Part shown: positions 53,570 through 64,000 of the stretch, one piece after another
Layout: every line of letters starts with the position of its first letter
How positions within the stretch are numbered: position 1 is the first letter of the stretch
NCBI RefSeq assembly: GCF_018977255.1
Contig: NW_024704742.1
Location: 91,700,001-91,764,000, forward strand
Reading direction: 5' to 3'
Source of the DNA: Callorhinchus milii
Taxonomy: Eukaryota
DNA: 64,000 bases
The notes under the pieces: generated by a model
Seen by the model: the letters and a program-made list of their open reading frames with translations, nothing else
Databases searched by the model: none
Told to the model about the DNA's origin: nothing
Translations under genes and position numbers: made by a program

Positions 53570-54070
53570 ATCACCTTACGCTATTATAAAAGTAAGGAGG
53601 TGATGTTGAATTTATACAAAACCTTGGTAAGTCCATATATGGACTACCAAGGAAAGGTAGCTTAATAAGGATGATACCAGGTTTGGCTGGTTACTGATCT
53701 CAGGAGAGACTGATAGTTTTTTTATATAGAGAAGAGACATTTAAGGGAGAACCTAATTGAAAAAATGTTTAAAATGATAAAAGAGTTTGATAAGTTTGAC
53801 ATACATAGATTGTGGAGTCCGTAATCAGGGGACACAGATATGATAGCGACAAGGGGATTTAAAAGTGAAATTAGGAGAACCTACTTCATGTGGAACTGGT
53901 GATTGAATCAGTGAGTATAGATACATTCTCGAGGAAGCTAAACCTTCATAGGAGGGGGAGGGGAATAGATAGTAAGAAGTGAGTGAAGGCTCATGTGGAG
54001 TATAAAAACCGGCATGGACTGATTGGGTTGAGTGACCTGTTTCCGTGTTGTACAACCTTTGTAATTTTTG
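53570..54070 (+). mobile_element. Old CR1 3' remnant
   Basis: YKSKEVMLNLYKTLV-like start and CR1-type 3' UTR. Confidence 0.7.
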
Positions 54071-54140
54071 TAAGGGCAGGAGGATTTGCGGTGCGGAAAA
54101 AACCCAAATCTAACATTTTGTGTTTACAATCAAAATAAAT

Positions 54141-54171
54141 TGTATAGGAAGTAGTAAGGAGTGGGTATAGA
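54141..54171. repeat. 31 bp perfect inverted copy of 54745-54775, fused to a SINE tail
   Basis: TGTATAGGAAGTAGTAAGGAGTGGGTATAGA versus TCTATACCCACTCCTTACTACTTCCTATACA. Confidence 0.9.
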
Positions 54172-54271
54172 AGGATTATAATTATTATTATTATTATGTA
54201 ACATGATAGAGCCTTTCTAGGTAATGATTTGGTTTGAGAGAATGAATTATGAAAAACTCTTTCCGCTAGTT

Positions 54272-54592
54272 ATAATAATAATAATAATCCTTGCATTTGA
54301 TATAGCGCTTTTCACGTCGGGAGGACGTCCCAAAGCGCTTCACAGAACACACTGTAAAGTGAATTGACTGTATATTTGTGGGCGAACGTGGCAGCCAATT
54401 GCGCACAGCAATGTCCCACAAACAGTCGTAGATTGAAAATGACCAATTTATTATTGTTTTTTGTTTTGGAGGGATTATTATTAGGCTCTGTGTGGAGTAA
54501 GGAAACTTGCCCAAGGTTTCGCGCTGCCTGGAATTGAACCCAGGTCTCTCACTTGCAAAGCGAGTGCTCTAACCACTGAGCTACAGGACTCC
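54272..54592 (-). mobile_element. tRNA-Ala SINE, CTCCC-loop subfamily
   Basis: Full length; TSD CTAGTT at 54266-54271 and 54594-54599. Confidence 0.94.
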
Positions 54593-55594
54593 ACTAGTTG
54601 GGATTTGCATAGACTTATATAAGACTATACAAGACGGAGATAAGGCCATGCCTGTGTTTATAACAACTTACTTTTATATAGTACTCTTCACACAGGTTGC
54701 CAATTGGAGTGCTTAATCTGAGTGCTTGTTTATCACCACTTGAGTCTATACCCACTCCTTACTACTTCCTATACACGCCTATGCTATTCTCCCTCATATA
54801 TACATCCAGCTTTCTCTTAAATAGATCTAAACTATTTGCTTCAAACATCACTTTGGGCAGCAAGCTCCACATTCACATTACCTACTACATGAAGAAGTTT
54901 CTCCTAATAGAAGGTATGAAGCTTGTGACAAGGGGAATAAAAGGAGAGATTTGAAAAAACTTAATGGGAATGGAATGATTTCCCAGGAGTGGTGTTGGAG
55001 CAGAGTTGGTTGGAACATTTAAAAAAGAATTGGACAAAAACATGCAGATTAAGGATGTTAGAGGATTATGGAAAAAGAGCAGGGAATTGGGATTAGGGTG
55101 GATAGTTTCTTGAAGGAGCAAACAACGACATGAAAAAATAGGCCAACTGGCCTCCTACTGTGTTGTCCATTTCCAGGATCAGTTCTAAGTATCATGGCAT
55201 ATTATCAGCTGGGTGTCTGATACAAAATGATACAGATCACCGTATCCAAACCAAACTATTAGGAGTTCCTTATATACATGGAACTCCATTTGTCTGGTAT
55301 GCAATGCAAACTCTCTCCCTGAAATGACACACCCCTGCTCACTTAACGCTGGGAAAAATTAAGTGAAGATTGGCAACAATCAAGACTTGGAGGTCCCAGA
55401 GTGTGCATCATTTTTTTCATGAAATAAACGTTTAGGGGGAATATCTCAAGGAAAACATCTTACAAGAACATTGTCTTACAAGAGTTTGGAGAGCCAGGAT
55501 CCTTTTTTATGTCACAAAACTGACAGTGGCTTCAACTCAGTTGCTGATGCAATTTGACATAAGAAATGATGTCTGCATTTGATGCAGTGTATTA

Positions 55595-55912
55595 TAATAA
55601 TACAATAATAATCCTTGCATTTGATATAGCGCTTTTCACGTCTTCTCGACGTCTCAAAGTGCTTAACAGAATAGACTGTAAAGTGAATTGACCATATATT
55701 TGTGGGCGAAATGCGGCAGCCAATTGCGTACAGCAGTGTCCCACAAACAGTTGTGGATTGAAAATGACCAATTTATTATTGTTTTGTTTTGGAGGGATTA
55801 TTATTAGATGTGTGGAGTAGGGAAACTTGCCCAAGGTTTCACCTTGCCTGGAATTGAACCCAGGTGTCTCGCTTGCAAGGCGAGTGCTCTAACCACTGAG
55901 CTGCAGGATTCC
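55595..55912 (-). mobile_element. tRNA-Ala SINE, short form, GAGAA loop
   Basis: Full length. Confidence 0.92.
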
Positions 55913-56149
55913 ACTGTTATTTAGTTTTCTGCAATGTTGACTGTACTCTTGGGTTCTTGTGCTGTTGTGCTGCTATGGAAACACTTTCAGGCAAGAAAGA
56001 GAGGGGCTTGAAGGGGTCTGGAAATGGTGGGATTGAATTGTTTTCCTTGCTCTGTGAGACAGTGCAGGGTTGTTGGGCCAAAAGACATCCTTCTGTGCTA
56101 TGGATTTCTATGTTTCCTTTTTCCTGTGAATGGTGAAGACTAGTAAACT

Positions 56150-56492
56150 CTAATGTAACAACCCAATGCAGTGTTGGAGATGTTCTGCAGCATCAGAGGG
56201 TTGTCTGTTGGATGAGACTTTAAACCGAGTCCTGTCTGCCTCTTCAGGTAGACGTTAAAGATCCCATAGGACAATTTGAAAAGTGACGCGCGTTTCTCCT
56301 GGTGTCTGAGCCAACAAGCCTCCAGATTGTTGGCTAGGACAAAAATTGGTTTATTGCATGTGAGACATTGTTCTGTGCAAATTGACTTTCACATTCGCCT
56401 ACAAAGTGCACAGTCACTACTCTCAACAAAAAATCTAGTGAAGCACTTTAGGATGTTTTCATTGTGTGATCAAGTTATTAAATGGAAGGATA
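56150..56492 (+). mobile_element. Deu-type SINE
   Basis: GGATGAGACTTTAAACCGAG...GACGTTAAAGATCCCATAGG core. Confidence 0.78.
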
Positions 56493-56607
56493 ATTAGTTA
56501 CAAAACTTTTTTTAAGTTTATATAACAAGTGCAGTTACAAGGGAAATCCATCATTGTGTCTAGTCACCTGGAATGGCAACAAGCAAAGAGGTGGAAGAGG
56601 CTTAGAG

Positions 56608-57945
56608 GCAACAACAGCAATTACAACAACAAAATTATATTTCTATAGCGCCTTTCACATCAGGAGGATGTCCCAAGGTGCTGGACAATCAATGCTTAGG
56701 ACCTGAGCTGAGGGTCGGTATCGGGGAGGGTGGAGAGCAGGGGGGGAAGGAGGATGACCAAAGGCACAGTTGAAGAGGCGGGTCTTGAGACGGGTTTTGA
56801 AGGAGGCAAGGGAGGAGGCGAGGTGGAGGGATTGCGGGATGGAGTTCCATAGGGTGGGGGCAGAGTGGCTGAAGGCCCGTCTACCAAAGTTGGAGCGGGT
56901 GAGGTGGGGGACGTGAAGCAGGTTGGAACTTGCTGAGCAGAGGGAGTGGGCAAGTTGGTAAATGGTTAGGAGTTCACAGAGGTAGGGGGGAGTGAGGACA
57001 TGGAGGGGCTTGAAAGTAAGGATCAGGATCTTGAACTGAATCCTCTGTTAATGGGAAGCCAGTGGAGTCGGGCAAGGATGGGGGTGATGGGATTGTGGAG
57101 CCTGGTGTGGGAGAGGACACGGGCTGCAGAGATCTAGATGATCTTTGCAACCTATGGAGGGAGGAGTTGGGGAGGCCGACAAGCAGGGAGTTAGCGTAAT
57201 CGAGCCTGGATGTTATGAATGTACATATAAGGGTCTTGGTGGCCTGTGGTGAGAGACAGTGGTAGAGCTGGGCGATGTTTGTGGAGTTGGGGGAAGGCAG
57301 ATTGGAACATGTCATGGATATGGGGGTAGGAAGGATAGTTGAGGGTCGAACAAGACGCCAAGGTTCCGGACTGGCTCAGTGAGATGGAATGTGCATCCTT
57401 GGATGGTGATGCTTCAGTGGTTGAGATGTGGAAGTGCTGACGGGAGCCAATGTTGGCATTCAGCTGTAGAAAGTTAACTCTCATCCAGGACTTGATGTCT
57501 CACAGACATTCTGTGGTTCTGGAGTCAAGGGTGGAGGCAGAGCGATACAGTTGGGTATCATCCACATACATACCTCATGTCTGCGGATGATGTCACCAAG
57601 AGGGATCATATAGATATTGAAGAGGAGGGGACTAAGGACAGAGCCCTGAGGAACACCGCTCAAGACGGTCTGGGGGCTAGAGGAGAAACCTGTTGTGGAG
57701 ATGAAGTAGAGATGGTGTGAGAGGTAGGATCTCAACCATTCAAGGATAGAACCATGAAGGTTGAGGTGGAGGAGAGGCGGTGGATGAGGATAGAGTGGTC
57801 AATGGTATTGCAAGCAGCAGAGAGGTCAAGGAGGACAAGGAGGCAAAGGGAGCCCTGGTCACAGGTGGACAAAATGTCATTTGTCACTTTGACCAGAGCT
57901 GTTTCTGTGCTATGGGTGGCATGGAAACCCGATTGGAGGGGTTCT
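56608..57945 (-). mobile_element. L2 LINE, 5'-truncated, decayed RT
   Basis: QSGFHATHSTETALVKV, LVLLDLSAA, GVPQGSVLSPLLFNIY, SRLDYANSLL; L2 tail. Confidence 0.93.
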
Positions 57946-58854
57946 TCAAGGACACATGTGAGAAAGAGGGCAAAACACAGGTCTACAGGAACATTGTTCC
58001 TTGGGATGACGCAGAAAGATGCTCTGATGACTAAGCTGCTCTGGGGTTGTTCTCTAATCTGAGGCCTTAACAATGTGTTGGAGGATTCTGAGGTGGTCCT
58101 GCAGTCAGTAGCCAGTCATTGTTATCTTGCCTCTGGAACCCTCCCAGGGCACATATGGAAATGTTTTCAGGATCAAACAACCAGCTGTCTGCAGTTGCAC
58201 CAAACAAGTGACCAATGTCATCTTAGATTAGAATCTTGCAAGCAAGTGTTGGCCTTTTGAGTCAAAAAACAGTGCCTGAAACTGACAGCACTTGTCCCTT
58301 TGTGTTCCAGTTCACAGTGTCAGTAACAAAGAGCTGATGCCTCCATTACATATGACTGTACAACTTCCAATCTATGTCTGTGATCAATACAGTATTGCTT
58401 TCTGGAGGTAATAAGTTAACCCTTCAAAATAGTTATATTGATTTGGTCACTTATTCCACTACTATTTGTGGGACACATGCTATGCGCAATTGGCTGCTGC
58501 TTTTCACCCACAAAATATAATCAGTTCAATTTACAGTATATTCTTTGAAACACTTTGAGATGTCTTGAAGACATGATAAGGTGTTATACTAAATGCAAGA
58601 ATTATTTTTCTTATTATCAACAATGACCCTGATTGGCTATTATTCTTATGGATAGTGAAAAGAAGACATACAAACATTATTATAAGCCTTAGTCGGTGTT
58701 TAGGAAATGTCTTTAAATCTTTGGAATGGATATTTCAGTTTCTCTTTCCTCCAAACTCTTTGCTGGTGGAGATAATAATAATAATCCCTGCCCGAGGTGC
58801 TACATGAAAGCACTTTATTTCATCTACAGACTTCATCTCACGAGGTTATTTTAC

Positions 58855-59172
58855 GGAGTCCTGTAGCTCAGTGGTTAGAGCACTCGCCTTGCAAGCGAGA
58901 CACCTGGGTTCAATTCCAGGCAGGACAAAACCTTGGGCAAGTTTCCCTGCTCCACACACCTAATAATAATCCCTCCAAAACAAAACAATAATAAATTGGT
59001 CATTTTCAATCTACGACTGTTTGTGGGACACTGCTGTGCGCAATTAGCTGCCATGTTTTGCCCACAAATATATGGTCAATTCACTTTACAGTCTATTCTG
59101 TAAAGCACTTTGAGACGTCGAGAAGACGTGAAATGCGCTATATCAAATGCAAGGATTATTATTATTATTATT
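58855..59172 (+). mobile_element. tRNA-Ala SINE, short form, GAGAA loop
   Basis: Full length. Confidence 0.93.
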
Positions 59173-59228
59173 CACTTGCCTGCAGATATTTCTATGATTC
59201 TAAGCTTGCCTGCAGATAGTCAGAGAAT

Positions 59229-59525
59229 TATAACAATAATAATAATCCTTGCATTTGATATAGTGCCTTATCACAACTTCAGGATGTCTCAAAGCGCTTG
59301 ACAGAATATACTGTAAAGTGAATTGACTATATTTTGTGGGCGAAAGGTGGCAGCCAATTGCGCACAGCAGTGTCCCACAAACAGTTGAGTGACCAAATTT
59401 TTTAAAAGGAATTATTACCCCTGGAAAAGCGATCTGGCAATCAACTAACCGCCGGGTCCCTACTAACTGCTAGGTAAACAGAGGCGTATGGAGTAAGGAA
59501 ACTTGTCCATCGTTTCGCCCCACCT
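59229..59525 (-). mobile_element. tRNA-Ala SINE, long form, head missing
   Basis: Tail-to-tail with the preceding copy. Confidence 0.85.
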
Positions 59526-59814
59526 GGTTGCAGTGTATCCTGACCACGAGTGAGAATCGTTCAACATATGTCTATTAGGAAGACTGCAAGTTGCCCTTAG
59601 GAGACAAAGTGTAAAACTGAAAGCAAGGCAAGGGCTGTTTAAAAAAGACAAGAGAAGACAATTCAAGAATGGAGATGACAAGGAGGGAATCAAGTTACTG
59701 GAACTGAAACTGAGTCCCGAGAGGAGACAGTTCATCCTTAATGTGTGGGATGGAATTCACTCCAAGATAACAATCTTCATTATTTAAGCTTGCCAGCAAC
59801 TACAACTCGAAACT

Positions 59815-60152
59815 TGAAATCACATAGTCTTGGGGTGTGTTGCATTGTCAGAGGTGTCATCCTTCGGACAAGATGTTAAACCAAGATCCTGTTTGCCTGT
59901 TCAGATGGACGCTAAAGATCCATGGCTTGCAAGAGAAGGGATTTTCTCCTAGTGTCCTGCCCAACAATTCCCCAAATAAAATTGGTCACTCACTCTATGG
60001 CTGATTGTGGGACATTGCTGTGTGCAACTGGTTGGAGCATTCTCCAATAAAATACACACATTCACTGCATTTTACAGTATAGTCTGTGTAGCACTTTGAG
60101 ACATTTCTAATGATGTGATAAGGTGCGATATCAAATGCAAAGATTATTATTT
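59815..60152 (+). mobile_element. Deu-type SINE
   Basis: Core AAAGATCCATGGC...GTGTCCTGCCCAAC and shared 3' tail. Confidence 0.8.
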
Positions 60153-60825
60153 TTACAAGCAATTACATTTGAGATCTTATGTGCTGAGAACAGGATAATG
60201 ACCTTGTATCTCAGTTTTAGAGAAGCATGGTGATCCCAGACTTGGGAGGGCAGGCAGAGGTGCTTTTGGGCATGCCTTTCCCTCACATTACCAAGTTCCC
60301 AGTTTTAGAAGCATCCATTAAGGCATGGCACCAAATGGAACTTTGTTGTTTGCTGCCGTGGTGGAGGGGAAGAGTGGGGGGGTGACCCCCAAGGCCATTC
60401 TGACCCCTGACCCACGTCTTCAGTGTTGACAGTGAGTGCGCAGAAATACCGATAGGAGAGTTCAATTTAAGCGAGGATAGAGAATACCTTTAAAAGAGGG
60501 AGTCTTGCCCTCAGTCAAGGGAACTAGGAAAAGAAAGGGAATATCTTTGGAAGTGGGAGGATCCCATAATTCTGACTTGGGGTAAACAAAAGCCACGGAG
60601 ACAGATGTGTACTCTACTGATGAGAATTGGGCACTTGTCTTGAGTCCCAAGTGCAGCTTCAGTCCATAATCAATCACAGCCTCTTCCCAACATAACAAAA
60701 TGCAACAAAAAAAAGCCAAAGAAAAACACAAGCTTTCATTTGAACTGTTGACTCAGAGCAGTGGAAGCAGTTCACTGAGTGTTTCTGTGACGGTGACATT
60801 TGTGGCTTTTCATAATATATTCCGC

Positions 60826-61170
60826 ATAATAATAATAACAATACTTGCATTTGAAATAGTGCCATATCACATTGTTGAGATGTCTCAAATTGCTTCACAG
60901 AATATACTCTAATGTGAATTGAATGCAAATTCTGTGGGTGACATGCGGTAGCCAATTGTGCACAGCAGTGTCTCACAAACAGTCGTGATTGAGTAACACA
61001 ATTATATTTTTCTTGGAGGGATTATTACCCCGGGGAAGCAATCTGCCAATTGATTAATAACCGAGTTCCTACTTTACTGCTAGGTAAATAGAGAAGAGTA
61101 GAATAAGGAAACTTACCTAAGGTTTCGCCCCCACCGGAATTGAACCTGGGTCCTCTACGCAATGGGACTC
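60826..61170 (-). mobile_element. tRNA-Ala-family SINE, long form, degenerate
   Basis: Tail, internal segment and partial head. Confidence 0.82.
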
Positions 61171-64000
61171 CACAATACAGTGATTTTTGTGACAGAGAAA
61201 TGAAACTTGTGACGTTTCATAACACATTCCACATAATAACCAGTACATCGAATGCTTTGACAAACCCCGCTAATTTTATCCTATAGTTAGCGTGGCACAA
61301 AAAAACTAAAGACAGCAACATGGGGGCTGGGATGCGGTGCTTGCTGTGGTAATTATCACATCACATACTGTACTGCTTACTGATTGTTCCACTAAAAAAC
61401 AATGGTTCACTAGCTGGAGAATCGGAAGGGCCCCAGCACCACAAAAAACCTTTTCCTGTCCCCTACCCACTGGTTTGATTGGTGTTTTGGCCAAGTGTAT
61501 GCCAATTGCATTATAGCAAGGTTTAATTCATTGTGGAAAAAAAGCAGACTTGTAAGAATTATGTAAAGCTGATAGTACTGCCAGAGGAAGCATAGCACTG
61601 TAAGTGGTAAACATTACCAGACTTTGGACAATTCCAGGACAATAGTTTTGTTTCTCTTACTGCAGAGAAAACGAGGATTTGGGGCAATAGGGATTCAAAG
61701 CAAAAATCCTGCCAAACATTCATACAATTTCCACGAGTCTGATGCTTCTTCCCTGTAGGCTCCCATGCCATGTTTCATAAAGGTTCACTTTAATTCAGAA
61801 CCTGCTTCAGTTCATTCCCTCATGAGGGAAAACCAATGTGATTCAGCTTCTAAATCGGCTGTGCGTGGGTGTGTATTGTGCTGTCTCCACTATCATTACA
61901 AAGCCTCCAACAGCAGTAAAACATAGGTTTCTGACTGAGCTCATTATGTGGTTTGATGCAATGCAATTCAGCTAGGAAAAATAGAGCAGCATTTATATAT
62001 TTATAACCACCTCGAGAAATGGCATGCAGCGATTTGCTATTATAGTGTTTCATTGTTTAATTTTAGCAAGATGGACATGCTGACAGAGTGTGCAAAGCTT
62101 TAAGTCATATAGATGCCTCTTGTCCTGAATACAATTATGGACAATAATAATTTGCACTGTCAGGTTGGCAGTCAGAAGCTCGTGAGTTGAAGCATTCGCC
62201 TACAAATACATAGCCACTATGCTTCATTGTAAATCCTGTGGAATGCTTTGAAAAGTCCTTCTAACATGAAAGGCGCTATACTAAATGCAAGGATTATTAG
62301 CATTATATAGCAAACTGTGACAGATTTCAATCAGTGTTCAGGTGTTGGTTTGTCCCCATTTATTTTGTCTATAATATTTACACATTGTTAGTGACACCTC
62401 CATTCAAAGGCCATAGAGGGCATCCGTCCACTTAGTGATCTGCCAATAAACCTTTCCTGCCTTGCTCTTAAATGATAGCATTTCAAGACACCATGGCCAA
62501 GTTAGATTATTCACTTACTGAGTAATAATCTCCAGAAATAGAAGTTACCTCAGTCAATGCAATGTGCCAAGCTTTCTTTTCTGTCTATTTTATTATTACC
62601 ATTATGACCATTGCAATTATGAACTGTCTTCTGACTTTCCTCTTTTAAGTTTCAAATACCATTTTGCCCACTTCTTCCATTCTGGATCCTCACTATGTCG
62701 AAGGTAATACGCTATCCCCTCATTCTAACGCGTTCTTTCTCAAGAAACTTCAGACTGTGGAATTTCTCACTTTCCTCAGTTTTACCTTCCTCATACAATC
62801 TACAAGCTTACTTGACGTCAGTCACCTAACCACCTTTTCCGGACTTAGCTCAATTTTCCCTGCTTCTCTTTAAACCTTGTGTATTTTTTATTGTGAAAAA
62901 AAACTAGAATGGGAGTAAAAGACAGAAAATCACCAATGAGTCATTAATGCCCATTGAATCCACTATGTCTTAATTTGTTGTTGGTTAAAAAGAAGTACTT
63001 AAGAAATGGTTGGGGAAATTTGCAATCATTTTAGAGCACGTCTTGTGTTACATAAAGAATGATTGGTGCCCATCAACAATTACAATACAAAATTACATTT
63101 GTATAGTGCCTTTCATATCGGGAGGACACCCCAAGGTGCTAATTACAGTAGTCAAGCTTTCAGTCTCTACATCCCTAATCTCTGGAACTTCTGCCCCTAT
63201 CCCTCCGTCTCCCCCTGTCTCCGTCTGTCTTTAATATCCCATCTGAAAATTTACCATTTCCATCGTGCCTTTGGTTATTTCCCAAACGTTTGTCCCTTGC
63301 TCAGGATCCAACCCCACCACTATGAAGAGTTCAGAGACATTATCCTATCTGAAAGCACTATAAAAATGCAAGTTGTTATTGTTTTATAGACTGGGGTGCT
63401 GAGGTTAGTTGTAGTGCTCCACTGCTTGCCTGCTGAATTCAGATAATCCAGCAGAGTAACAATCAAATGTGAGATCTTCCTGGATTGCCTCATTTTCACT
63501 GCAGGCCCTGGTTTACCAACAAGCCACAGGAGGTGCTTGAACTGGATTCCTTAAAGGGTTACTGCCTTACGAAAGATTGTTTGCCAAAGGGAGATTTGTT
63601 TGCAAACACACAAGGCAATGCTTCACTTGACTGCAACATCATCTTACTGAAAATTACACAGAACTTTGGCTCCGGCTCCACAGGGATTTTCTGCAAAATG
63701 TTTTTCCAAATTGTGTACAAGTTTTTGAAGTGAGTGGATGGCAGCAAAAGGCATGTACTTCCTAATGCATGAGACATGACAGGTAATCCCACATGCACCC
63801 ACATTGCATCCAATCTATCCCACGCATGCCACAGTATTAGCATTGGCAGCTCATGCTTGGGAGTTTGCAAATAAACTAATGTCAATGTAGCTGTTCACAA
63901 AAATTCGAACTTGGCTTCACTCTGGAGTACTGGAGGCCAGCTGATACTGGGCTCTATTTGATACTTACAATTAATGCATGAGTTAGCTTTGTGCTAGTTT

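Noticed and set aside
58855..58925. Possible tRNA-Ala gene
   Set aside because: It continues into SINE body and tail and lacks a proper acceptor stem; it is a SINE head, like all similar copies

Overview
Eukaryotic, AT-rich, repeat-dense vertebrate DNA. The repeat inventory (Deu-domain SINEs, L2 LINEs with (TTG)n tails, CR1 LINEs with TTCTATGA-like tails) suggests a cartilaginous fish, which is an inference. I found no intact protein-coding gene, so this is probably intergenic DNA or a large intron. The recognisable long ORFs are decayed LINE ORF2 pieces or SINE-derived artefacts. Main content: about 20 copies of a tRNA-Ala-headed SINE in long and short forms, about 18 older Deu-type SINE remnants, young and old 5'-truncated L2s, one 2.76 kb CR1 plus fragments, an internally deleted RTE/RTEX-like LINE remnant, a 785 bp element with 33 bp terminal inverted repeats, several long degenerate palindromes and a 28S rRNA fragment. 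Best observations: (1) two retro-insertions whose 5' ends carry an inverted copy of DNA from about 0.55 kb away; (2) the apparently youngest SINE subfamily shares the exact 3' stem-loop of the young L2; (3) an unclassified 350 bp insert with a 12 bp TSD; (4) the TIR element. I did not find a convincing new protein-coding system. Repeat boundaries were read by eye and are approximate unless a TSD is given.
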